Shown here piece by piece: positions 19,921-27,460 of a stretch of DNA of 63,174 nucleotides. The DNA is from Verrucomicrobiota bacterium (lineage in GTDB: Bacteria > Verrucomicrobiota > Verrucomicrobiia > Limisphaerales > UBA11358), in the NCBI GenBank assembly GCA_049523555.1, contig JBEKMU010000002.1, forward strand, positions 1 through 63,174, written 5' to 3'. How positions within the stretch are numbered: the stretch's first letter is position 1; each line of letters begins with the position of its first letter. Made by a program: the position numbers and the translations under genes. The notes under the pieces were generated by a model. That model was given only the letters and a program-made list of their open reading frames with translations. It did not search any database and had not been told where the DNA came from.

Positions 19921-20252
19921 AAAAGCGGATGCGTGCAGGAATGATGAACTTCGGGACTGAAGCCGCGACCATGCACGGCGTATTCAAAAATGTCGCGGTC
20001 GTAACCGGGTGGCTTGCCCTGCCGCAATCCGAAGATGTAAGCGAGGCAAACCAGCACCGGCACGAGCGCCACAAGGAAGGACACGGTAAGCGATGAACCG
20101 ACGACGACGAGCAACACGAAGAACAGCGTGATGCCCGCGCCGATGCCCGCCACCAACCACCAGAACAAACCGCCTTCCAATCCCCAGGTCCGGCCTTTGG
20201 AGTCGGACGCGGCGTTGGTGTCGGTCAATCGAAGTTCGTTTTTGGCGCTCAT
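19917..20252 (-). CDS. virB3: VirB3/TrbD-like small membrane protein
   Basis: 111 aa with two adjacent TM helices. Position between the pilin-like gene and the virB4 side of the operon. Confidence 0.5.
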   Translation of the reverse strand: MSAKNELRLTDTNAASDSKGRTWGLEGGLFWWLVAGIGAGITLFFVLLVVVGSSLTVSFLVALVPVLVCLAYIFGLRQGKPPGYDRDIFEYAVHGRGFSPEVHHSCTHPLL

Positions 20253-20284
20253 GTTGTTTTGGCCGGAGGTTTATTGGGGTGAAA

Positions 20285-20641
20285 TTAAAAGTTGCCAACA
20301 CCCACCGCGCTGTTGGAATCCAGGCCGAAGATTTTGTAGAAGGCGAAGACGATGGCCGGCGCCGCCGCGATGATTGCGCCGCCGATGATGGACATTTTGC
20401 CCTGGTCAACGTCGCCGCGCCGGATGGCGAAGCCGCCGTAGATGACAGCGAAAATGCCAAGCACGAACCCGAACATCATAATAACGGCCAGACTGTTGCT
20501 GAGGCCGGTCTTGAGGTCGGTGGAATTGAACGTCGTGCTTTGCGCGAAGGCGGGCAGGACGTTGAACGCGAGCAAGGCCGCGACGGTGAGCAGTGAGCGC
20601 AGACGCGCACGAACATTTTTCGGAATGAATGGTTTTTTCAT
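20285..20641 (-). CDS. virB2: VirB2/TrbC-like pilin precursor
   Basis: 118 aa with a long signal peptide ending 'AFAQS' and two hydrophobic helices. First gene of the operon. Confidence 0.55.
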   Translation of the reverse strand: MKKPFIPKNVRARLRSLLTVAALLAFNVLPAFAQSTTFNSTDLKTGLSNSLAVIMMFGFVLGIFAVIYGGFAIRRGDVDQGKMSIIGGAIIAAAPAIVFAFYKIFGLDSNSAVGVGNF

Positions 20642-20711
20642 ATTTTAAGTTTTTTATTATCACGGCGGGTTTTCCGCCAAACACGCGGTCATCCTCTCAA
20701 ATTTTTTGAAG

Positions 20712-20738
20712 CACTTTGTTCATTTTTTGAACAAAGTG
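20712..20738. promoter_or_regulatory. 27-bp palindromic operator candidate (copy 1) in the T4SS / AAA-ATPase divergent promoter
   Basis: CACTTTGTTCA-ttttt-TGAACAAAGTG. The same arms and flanks recur at 50479-50505. Confidence 0.6.
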
Positions 20739-20767
20739 AAAAAATCTTTCTGGCAGGATGGGAGGCC

Positions 20768-21679
20768 ATGAATACAACGACTTTTGATGCCCAAAGGCTC
20801 GAACGCCTCCGCAAAGTGGATGGCGTGCTGCGGACGGAAATTCGCGGACAGAACCAGGTTTTGCCGCGCGTGGTCTCGGTGGTGCGGCGAGGCGAATTGA
20901 GCCTGACCAAGCCCGCGCGCCCGCGCGGCAGCTTTTTATTGCTCGGACCTACCGGCGTGGGAAAGACTGAAACCGTGGTTGTGCTGACCAACCAGATTTT
21001 CGGCGCGGAAAAACTTTTCCGTTTCGATATGTCGGAATTTCAAACCCAAGAATCGTTGGGACTGCTGCTCGGTGCGCGGCTCGGCGAGACTGGCTACCTG
21101 GGCGCGGTGCGCGAACGCGCCGCCGAAGGATCGCTGTTGTTCGACGAAGCAGAAAAGGCGCATCCGCGCGTGTTGGACATTATGTTGCAACTGCTGGATG
21201 CCGCGCGTATCACGGTGGCGACGGGCCGGACTTTGGATTTCAGCGGATTTTATGTCTGGCTGACTTCCAACATTGGCTCGGCGGAATTGATGACCCTGCA
21301 ACATTCCAATGACGCGACATTGGAACGCCATGTCCTTTCGCGGGCGCAACAGGCGTTGCGCCCGGAAATTTTTGCCCGCATCACCGAAAAACTGGTGTTC
21401 GGTCGCTTGAGTTACGAACACCAGTTGGAGATTGCCGAAAAGTTTTTGTCGCGCGAAATTGAATTTCTTGCCGCACGCGGTCACACGCTCGAATTGGATA
21501 AAACCGTTTTGCCTTTTCTCGTGCGAAAAGGTTTTCATCCCAAGCTCGGTGCGCGCCCGATGCGCGACGCCGTTGAAAAGCAGGTCGGCGATGCGCTGGC
21601 CGAGCACCTGCTCGCCGGAAAAAATTCCGGCGGCAGGTTGCAGGTGGATGAATCCCGCGACTGTCTCATTGTCCGTTGA
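20768..21679 (+). CDS. Standalone AAA+ ATPase, ClpA/ClpB D2-type (AAA_2 + ClpB_D2-small)
   Basis: Walker A 'LLLGPTGVGKTE', Walker B 'LLFDEAEKA', 'LTSNIG' and C-terminal 'GARPMRDAVEKQV'. No N-domain, D1 or middle domain. Confidence 0.8.
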   Translation: MNTTTFDAQRLERLRKVDGVLRTEIRGQNQVLPRVVSVVRRGELSLTKPARPRGSFLLLGPTGVGKTETVVVLTNQIFGAEKLFRFDMSEFQTQESLGLLLGARLGETGYLGAVRERAAEGSLLFDEAEKAHPRVLDIMLQLLDAARITVATGRTLDFSGFYVWLTSNIGSAELMTLQHSNDATLERHVLSRAQQALRPEIFARITEKLVFGRLSYEHQLEIAEKFLSREIEFLAARGHTLELDKTVLPFLVRKGFHPKLGARPMRDAVEKQVGDALAEHLLAGKNSGGRLQVDESRDCLIVR

Positions 21680-21959
21680 ACAATCGCCTTGTGGCGGCAC
21701 GTTGCCGCCGCGCGGCCAGTCGCGCCGCTTTTGCCGCCTTGCGCTCCCGCAATTTCTCCATGTGGATTTTGTCGGCCTTGCTGCGTTTCATCCACCAAAG
21801 CACGTCGTGGATTCGGGCGGTGTCTTTGGTGCGGCAGCCAAACTCGCGGATGCTGATAAGGTCGCCCCGCTCAAAGGCGGCAACCAATTTGCGGGCGTGT
21901 TTTCCATAGCCGTAAGTTTCGACGGTTACGCGCCGGATGGTTTTGGTAATCGGTGTCAT
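21666..21959 (-). CDS. hypothetical basic protein
   Basis: 97 aa. 4-nt overlap with the upstream gene and tail-to-tail overlap with the AAA+ gene. Confidence 0.45.
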   Translation of the reverse strand: MTPITKTIRRVTVETYGYGKHARKLVAAFERGDLISIREFGCRTKDTARIHDVLWWMKRSKADKIHMEKLRERKAAKAARLAARRQRAATRRLFNGQ

Positions 21960-22549
21960 AACACGAAGTCAATTTGTTGCGGTTGGTTTTCAAGGGCGGA
22001 TTCCCCTGCCAGCAACCGGCGCATTTCCTCCTGCGTCCGGGGCATTGGCCGTGCGCCGCATTCCGCCAGTTCCTTGAACCGCGCGGCGCGGCCATTCTCT
22101 GACTGCGGATCAAATCGGTTGCCGACAAATTCCGTGTAGGTGCAATCCGAAGCAAAACAACCGCCGTCGGCGTAAAGCACTCGCGCCAGATGCCGCCACT
22201 CCGCCAGCGTCAGGTTGGATGCGACAAAGAGGACTTTCGCGCCAAGTTTGAAAACCCTCCCCTTGTAGGCCGCTTCGCGCCCTTCATACGAATACGGGAC
22301 ATTCTCCGCGCCGCGATATTCGTCGGGCGGGATGAGCGGGTAACAGTTGACTTCGGCGGCGAGATATTTGGAATAATTGCAGCCGCAGTTGGTGAATAAA
22401 CGCCCCTCATGCGTGAACACCTTGATTTTGGGGAACGTGTCCGCGCAATAGGCGGCGGCAATGTCGCCTTCGGGCACGCGCCAGAGGCCGGTTGAAAATC
22501 GCCGCCAATGGGTGACGATGCGCGGCGGGTTGGATTGAACCGTGTTCAT
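21956..22549 (-). CDS. hypothetical Cys-rich protein
   Basis: 197 aa, translationally coupled within the DUF932 operon. Confidence 0.5.
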   Translation of the reverse strand: MNTVQSNPPRIVTHWRRFSTGLWRVPEGDIAAAYCADTFPKIKVFTHEGRLFTNCGCNYSKYLAAEVNCYPLIPPDEYRGAENVPYSYEGREAAYKGRVFKLGAKVLFVASNLTLAEWRHLARVLYADGGCFASDCTYTEFVGNRFDPQSENGRAARFKELAECGARPMPRTQEEMRRLLAGESALENQPQQIDFVL

Positions 22550-23364
22550 GGCTTCACCTCCACTTCTTCAATCGTTGCGCCGTCGAGATATTCCCGATGA
22601 AAAACCGTGCCGACTTTATTGTGCCAGCCCATTTCTTCATGGTAGTGACTGACGAGTCTGCCATTCAGACAACGGCAACGAATCAGCACGCGGCCAAGTT
22701 GATTGGCACGGTCAATGTCCGCCTGGCTGGTGTAAATAACCTTCCCGTAAAAGCGTTCGGTGATTTTGAGCAACTTCGCGGGTTTGGGTTCCTGATAGCT
22801 GTTGGGAACCATTTGCGGTCGCGGGGCGGGCAAATCGGAAACAACGCTGGCAAGACTGTGATAGTTGACCTCGTGGAGCGATTCGAGCAAGCCCGCTTTC
22901 GCGCCTTCATCCCATTGCGCCGGGTAAGCGACGCCTTCCCAATCGGCGGACGCGACTGTTTCATTCCAATCCACTTTGCGGCCGTCCGGGTAAGCGGCGC
23001 GAAGCAATGTATCGGCGTCGTGGCCGCAGTCGCGGCAAAAACGCGCGAACAAAGCCAGCGCGCAAGTCGTGGTCGAACCGTCGCACGCTTGGGCAAGCTG
23101 ATAAGGACGCGGCGAAAAAGTTCCGTATTTGAGCACATGATTTTTCGCAACCTGCAACGACACCTTTTTGTAGCGATGCACCAAATGTTTGATGCCGCCG
23201 TCGCATTTGGCGAAGCCCTCGAAAACCAGCTCGCGTCTTCCGTAGGGACACCGCCACAAATACAAATCCAACTCCGGCGTCCGTTCGTGCAAAGTGTTCT
23301 TCAACTCGTCAACGGCGTATGTGTGATTGAAGTCAATGGCCTGGTCGTTCTTGATAGCGTTCAT
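22546..23364 (-). CDS. hypothetical protein
   Basis: 272 aa, second gene of the DUF932 operon. Confidence 0.5.
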   Translation of the reverse strand: MNAIKNDQAIDFNHTYAVDELKNTLHERTPELDLYLWRCPYGRRELVFEGFAKCDGGIKHLVHRYKKVSLQVAKNHVLKYGTFSPRPYQLAQACDGSTTTCALALFARFCRDCGHDADTLLRAAYPDGRKVDWNETVASADWEGVAYPAQWDEGAKAGLLESLHEVNYHSLASVVSDLPAPRPQMVPNSYQEPKPAKLLKITERFYGKVIYTSQADIDRANQLGRVLIRCRCLNGRLVSHYHEEMGWHNKVGTVFHREYLDGATIEEVEVKP

Positions 23365-23436
23365 AATTTTGATTCTTGAAATGGTTCATGGTTAAGGGAG
23401 CGTTCCCGCGCGGTGGCGGGAACGCCCCGTTGTTCA

Positions 23437-24294
23437 CTACTCGGCCAGAACGATTGCCTCGTGATTGGCAACCCGTTCGGCGAGATTCCAAAGCTCGCGG
23501 TTCAAGCGGATGTTCTGGTCGAGGCCGGAAATGGCGCGGGTGCGCGGGAAACGGCGTCCGTCCTCACGGCGGCGTGACCAGTCACGTTGACCGCCGCGAA
23601 TCAAATGCTCCTGAACGCGATTGAAGACATGCCAAAGGTCGTTGCCGGCATCTTCATTGCGGCGACAATCCAAAAGTTTTTGCGGATTGATCGGGGCTTT
23701 GTCGGTGTCCTCGAAACGCAATCGCAACGCGGCTTTGGCGAAGGTTGCAATCTCGGTGCAGTCAAGCTGCCGTTCTTTGAAAGCGTCCACGCGCGCGGTG
23801 ATGGCCGGAACTTGTTCCAGCAATTTGAAGCTGGCTTCAATCACTTCGTCCGGCGTGAAACCACTGTGCCGGATGCAGACGCGCTCAAAGGTGGCGTCAG
23901 CGATAATCATGCCGTTGCCGCAAACAAACCGGAACAAACCGGCGTGCAACTGATACGCGCTGGAACGGTCATGTGAATTGATTAAGACCAATTCGGGCGA
24001 GTATTCATTCCCGACAGGTTGCGCCTCACGCCGCTGGAAACGGAGCAGGTGCTTTTGAAAGCCGCGCCGGTTGTCGAGCCTCACGATTTGTTCGGAAGCC
24101 TGAACCGGAGACCAGCCCGATTCACGAAGCCGCGAAACAATTTGCGCCGTGGGAACGAACGCATAACGCTCGCTCACGTCCGGCAGCGGCGAAGCTGCAA
24201 ACACGGACGGCGCAAGGCTGCGGATTTGCTCGTCGGCCAATTCAGCGCGGCGAACGAATGTTGTTGATGTAGTGAACATATATTTGCCTTTCAT
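23437..24294 (-). CDS. DUF932/DUF945-family protein (typical ICE/plasmid gene)
   Basis: 'LINSHDRSSAYQLHAGLFRFVCGNGMII' matches the conserved DUF932 core. Confidence 0.8.
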   Translation of the reverse strand: MKGKYMFTTSTTFVRRAELADEQIRSLAPSVFAASPLPDVSERYAFVPTAQIVSRLRESGWSPVQASEQIVRLDNRRGFQKHLLRFQRREAQPVGNEYSPELVLINSHDRSSAYQLHAGLFRFVCGNGMIIADATFERVCIRHSGFTPDEVIEASFKLLEQVPAITARVDAFKERQLDCTEIATFAKAALRLRFEDTDKAPINPQKLLDCRRNEDAGNDLWHVFNRVQEHLIRGGQRDWSRRREDGRRFPRTRAISGLDQNIRLNRELWNLAERVANHEAIVLAE

Positions 24295-24339
24295 TTACTT
24301 TGTTATTTGTTTTCTTTGCACGCGCAGCGACAGGTGTGC

Positions 24340-24478
24340 GCGATGAAAACCTAAAGGCAGGGCTTTGGCGTTGGCGGAAAGGTCAAGGAGGAACGGAAGC
24401 GGCGAGTCCTGTTTGAGCCGACCCGTAGTATCCTTGACGTTTCCGCCAACGACATATAATCGCCCGCCTTTTCATCGC
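24340..24478 (-). other. Extended imperfect hairpin (~140 nt) in the DUF932 leader region
   Basis: Outer arms gcgatgaaaa/ttttcatcgc. Inner 20-bp arms gttggcggaaaggtcaagga/tccttgacgtttccgccaac (1 mismatch) with a 41-nt loop. Confidence 0.5.
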
Positions 24479-24564
24479 TGCGAACGCGGGCGGCATCCCG
24501 CTGCATGAGTTGGAACTATGAATTGTCCAGGGAGTGACTACTCAAAGATGGAAAATTGAAACAC

Positions 24565-24668
24565 GCTTCGGTCAGCGGTTGGCGGGCGGAAGAAGTGGAG
24601 TGCAGGCGCAGAGACGATTTTAGGAACGGAGCCGGAACGCAACGCCGCCGCCAACCGCTGACGGAAGC
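24565..24668 (-). ncRNA. Conserved structured element, copy A (ssDNA or RNA hairpin; function unknown)
   Basis: ~21-bp stem and ~55-nt G/A-rich loop. Homologous to 55100-55201, with compensatory stem substitutions and a conserved loop. Confidence 0.55.
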
Positions 24669-24806
24669 GGACGCGGCTGCGTTTCCAGCATTCCGCGCGG
24701 GACGAGCGGGCGGGAAATGACGGAAGGCGGGCCGGAGCGATATTAGCGAGGCCGCCGTGTCAGTTCCAGCCCGTTGGTCCCGGCGGCTTTATTCATCACA
24801 GCATAT

Positions 24807-24814
24807 AAAGCTTT
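24807..24814. repeat. IS66 target-site duplication (left), AAAGCTTT
   Basis: Identical 8-mer immediately flanks both IS ends. Confidence 0.85.
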
Positions 24815-24877
24815 GTAAGCGTCACGCGGAGCACCTCTATCGGATAAAGTCATAGATGTCGTAGCATAACAGCTACG

Positions 24878-25261
24878 ATGAATACGACACTTGGCGATGA
24901 AACAACTATCTTGAAGACAGACGTGCTGGGGCGGGTGAAGACGCCGCCGACGCGCCGGGAACAGTTGCTGGACGAGTTTGAGCGGAGCGGATTGACTGGG
25001 CAGAAGTTTGCGGAGGTGGTGGGCATTAAATACCCGACGTTTGCGACGTGGGCGCAAAAGCGGCGTCGGGCGCGTGGCGCGTATCGGGCAGTCAAACGTC
25101 CCAAACAACTGCGTTGGCTGGAGGCGGTGGTGGAGCCGGAGCGCGGCGATAAAAGTCCACTCGTCTTGGAGTTGCCCGGTGGAGCAGAGGTTCAGATCAA
25201 TGATGTCCAACAGGCGGTGTTGGCGGCGGCCTTAGTGCGGGCACTGGCCAAGCCATGTTAA
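24878..25261 (+). CDS. tnpA: IS66 accessory protein TnpA (Orf1)
   Basis: 127 aa. 'RREQLLDEFERSGLTGQKFAEVVGIKYPTFATWAQKRR' is typical of IS66 Orf1. Confidence 0.85.
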   Translation: MNTTLGDETTILKTDVLGRVKTPPTRREQLLDEFERSGLTGQKFAEVVGIKYPTFATWAQKRRRARGAYRAVKRPKQLRWLEAVVEPERGDKSPLVLELPGGAEVQINDVQQAVLAAALVRALAKPC

Positions 25262-25611
25262 GTTTTTCGGGCAGCCTGAAGGTGTTTGTGGCCGTGGAAG
25301 CCTGCGACATGCGCAAAGGGTTCAATGGTCTGCACGCGGCGGTGACGGAGCGATTGGGCGAAGACCCGCGTGGCGGGGCGCTGTTTGTGTTCAGCAACCG
25401 GCGGCACACGCGGATCAAAATCCTGTGCTGGGATGGCACCGGGCTGTGGGTGTTGACCAAGCGGCTGGAGCGCGGGACGTTTTCCTGGCCAAAGAACGTG
25501 GAACCTGGGATCGCCAAACTGAAGTTGACGCCGCAGGCGCTGGCGCTGTTGACCGACGGAGTGGATTTGCGCGGAGGGAAGTTGCGTCCGTGGTATGAGC
25601 GCGAGACGTGA
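25255..25611 (+). CDS. tnpB: IS66 accessory protein TnpB (Orf2)
   Basis: 118 aa. 'DMRKGFNGLHAAV...LFVFSNRRHTRIKILCWDGTGLWVLTKRLERGTFSWP' is the IS66 Orf2 signature. Confidence 0.9.
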   Translation: MLSFSGSLKVFVAVEACDMRKGFNGLHAAVTERLGEDPRGGALFVFSNRRHTRIKILCWDGTGLWVLTKRLERGTFSWPKNVEPGIAKLKLTPQALALLTDGVDLRGGKLRPWYERET

Positions 25612-25673
25612 AAAACGCCGCGCGAAAATTCTTTTGCCAAGTTTGAACATCTGACGCCGCGGCGCGTCAGAGT

Positions 25674-27203
25674 TTGCAACCGATGACGTCGCGCGAACAG
25701 GAACTCGCCCGCCAGTTGGAAGAATGCCAGGAGGCATTGGCGCAGAGCCGTCGCGAGAATGAACTCCTGCGTCAGAAGATAGACCTGCTCATTCGGCGCG
25801 TGTTCGGTTCGAGCAGCGAGCGGCTGGATCGCGCGCAACTGGAACTGCTTTTGAAACTGCCAGAGGGTTTGACCGGCCCGGAGCCGGTTGAACCTTCAAC
25901 TTTCAAGGTAACTTCCCGAAATTCGCGGAAGGAACGCACACCCCGTTTGCCGGAGAACCTGCCGGTGGTGGAAGAAGTAATTGACCCCGAGCCGGTGAAG
26001 TCCCGGCCCGAACAATGGCGTTGCATCGGCCAGGAAGTCAGCGAGCAACTGGACTTTGAACCGGCGCGCTTTCTGCGCCGCCGGACCATTCGCCGCAAAT
26101 ACGTTCACCGCCTTGACCTCAACCGCGCGCCGTTAATCGCACCGTTGCCCGAACGTCTGCTGGATCGCAGCCTGCCCGCGCCGGGGCTGCTGGCGCACAT
26201 TTTGGTGGGCAAATACTGCGACCACTTGCCGCTCTATCGGCAGGAACACATTTACGCGCAACGTCACGGAGTCCATCTGCCGCGTCAGACGCTGGCGCGC
26301 TGGGTGGAGTTGGCCGCCGATTGGCTCCAACCGATTTACGCACACATCCGCACCGGCGTTTTGGCCGGCGGCTATGTGCAGGTGGATGAAACGCCGATAG
26401 AATATCTGGCACCGGGCAACGGCAAGACCCGGCAGGGCTATCTCTGGACGGGCAGTCGTCCTGGGGGCGACGTGTTTTACCGTTGGGAAACCAGCCGCGC
26501 TGCCGCGTGCCTGGATAACGTCATTCCCTTGAATTTTAGCGGCACGCTGCAATGCGATGGCTACTCTGCGTATCGTGCCTTTGCCAACAGCCGGGCCGGA
26601 GCGATTGAACTGGCCGGCTGCTGGGCGCATGTGCGACGAAAATTTTATGAAGCGATGGAACAAGCGCCCCGGACCACGGCCTGGCTCGTGCGCCAAATCC
26701 AGCAGCTCTACCGGATTGAAGCGCATCTGCGCGAACACCGCGCCGGTCCCCGGCTGCGTCAAGCCCTGCGTGCCAGTCAAAGCTGCCCCATCGTCGAACG
26801 GATCGAACGCGCCTTGATCCGACTCAAAGCCAGCGGACGCCATCTGCCGCAGAGCTTGCTGGGCCAGGCCATTGATTACGCCTTGGGCCAGTGGCCCACC
26901 TTGGAAGTGTATCTGGCCAACGGCCGGGTGGAGTTGGATAACAACCTGGTCGAAAACGCCATTCGCCCCACAGCCATCGGCAAGAAGAACTGGCTTTTCA
27001 TCGGCGATGCCGATGCCGGTCAACGCAGTGCCATCCTCTACACCCTCATCGAAAGTTGCCGGCGACGCGGCGTTGACCCTTTCGCTTATCTTCGTGACGT
27101 GCTCACGCGCCTGCCCAACATGACCAACCATCAAATCCCCGAAGTGACCCCGCAAGCCTGGAGCAAAAGACAACCGCCGGTGCAACGCCAAGCCGCATCA
27201 TAA
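25674..27203 (+). CDS. tnpC: IS66-family DDE transposase TnpC
   Basis: 509 aa with an N-terminal leucine-zipper-like helix. 'YVQVDETPI', 'GYLW', 'LQCDGYSAY', 'CWAHVRRKF' and 'NNLVENAIRP' are conserved IS66 blocks. Confidence 0.9.
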   Translation: MQPMTSREQELARQLEECQEALAQSRRENELLRQKIDLLIRRVFGSSSERLDRAQLELLLKLPEGLTGPEPVEPSTFKVTSRNSRKERTPRLPENLPVVEEVIDPEPVKSRPEQWRCIGQEVSEQLDFEPARFLRRRTIRRKYVHRLDLNRAPLIAPLPERLLDRSLPAPGLLAHILVGKYCDHLPLYRQEHIYAQRHGVHLPRQTLARWVELAADWLQPIYAHIRTGVLAGGYVQVDETPIEYLAPGNGKTRQGYLWTGSRPGGDVFYRWETSRAAACLDNVIPLNFSGTLQCDGYSAYRAFANSRAGAIELAGCWAHVRRKFYEAMEQAPRTTAWLVRQIQQLYRIEAHLREHRAGPRLRQALRASQSCPIVERIERALIRLKASGRHLPQSLLGQAIDYALGQWPTLEVYLANGRVELDNNLVENAIRPTAIGKKNWLFIGDADAGQRSAILYTLIESCRRRGVDPFAYLRDVLTRLPNMTNHQIPEVTPQAWSKRQPPVQRQAAS

Positions 27204-27280
27204 GTGTCGTAGCATAATACCTCTCACGCTTATGACCCCGGCCGTTGCTCTGTCAAGTAGGTGCTTGGCGTGACGCTTAC

Positions 27281-27288
27281 AAAGCTTT
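27281..27288. repeat. IS66 target-site duplication (right), AAAGCTTT
   Basis: Identical to 24807-24814. Confidence 0.85.
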
Positions 27289-27460
27289 TGTCGGCGGCGG
27301 AATGCTCCGACGCCAGTTCAGTCGAAAGCGGGTAAAAGTGAAAATTTACTGGCGATGCGTTGGTTGTGAATTTACCAATCAAAAAGGCAGGTCGAGAAAC
27401 GCCAACTTTGGATGAGTCAAGCAACTGCTTTGCGATGGCTGTCTCTGACGGTGGACACCA

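Larger units (their letters stand above)
24815..27280 (+). mobile_element. IS66-family insertion sequence (2466 bp)
   Basis: Terminal inverted repeats GTAAGCGTCACGC(G/C)(G/A)AGCACCT, three-ORF tnpA-tnpB-tnpC organisation and an 8-bp TSD. Confidence 0.9.

Noticed and set aside
20712-20738. Whether the TGTTC...GAACA core of the shared palindrome is a LexA (SOS) box.
   Set aside because: The spacer between TGTTC and GAACA is 7 nt, and the symmetry extends over 11-12-bp arms (CACTTTGTTCA). This does not fit the LexA motifs I know (CTGT-N8-ACAG, GAAC-N4-GTTC, and TGTTC-N4-GAACA as I recall it for Verrucomicrobia). An ICE-specific regulator is more likely.
24743-25210. 155-aa minus-strand ORF, and the 64-aa ORF at 27230-27424, as a gene disrupted by the IS66 insertion.
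   Set aside because: The first ORF is mostly antisense to IS66 tnpA. Joining the flanks after removing the IS and one TSD copy gives only a ~53-codon frame ('...AADKSFICCDE*') with no family resemblance. The target site appears to be non-coding.
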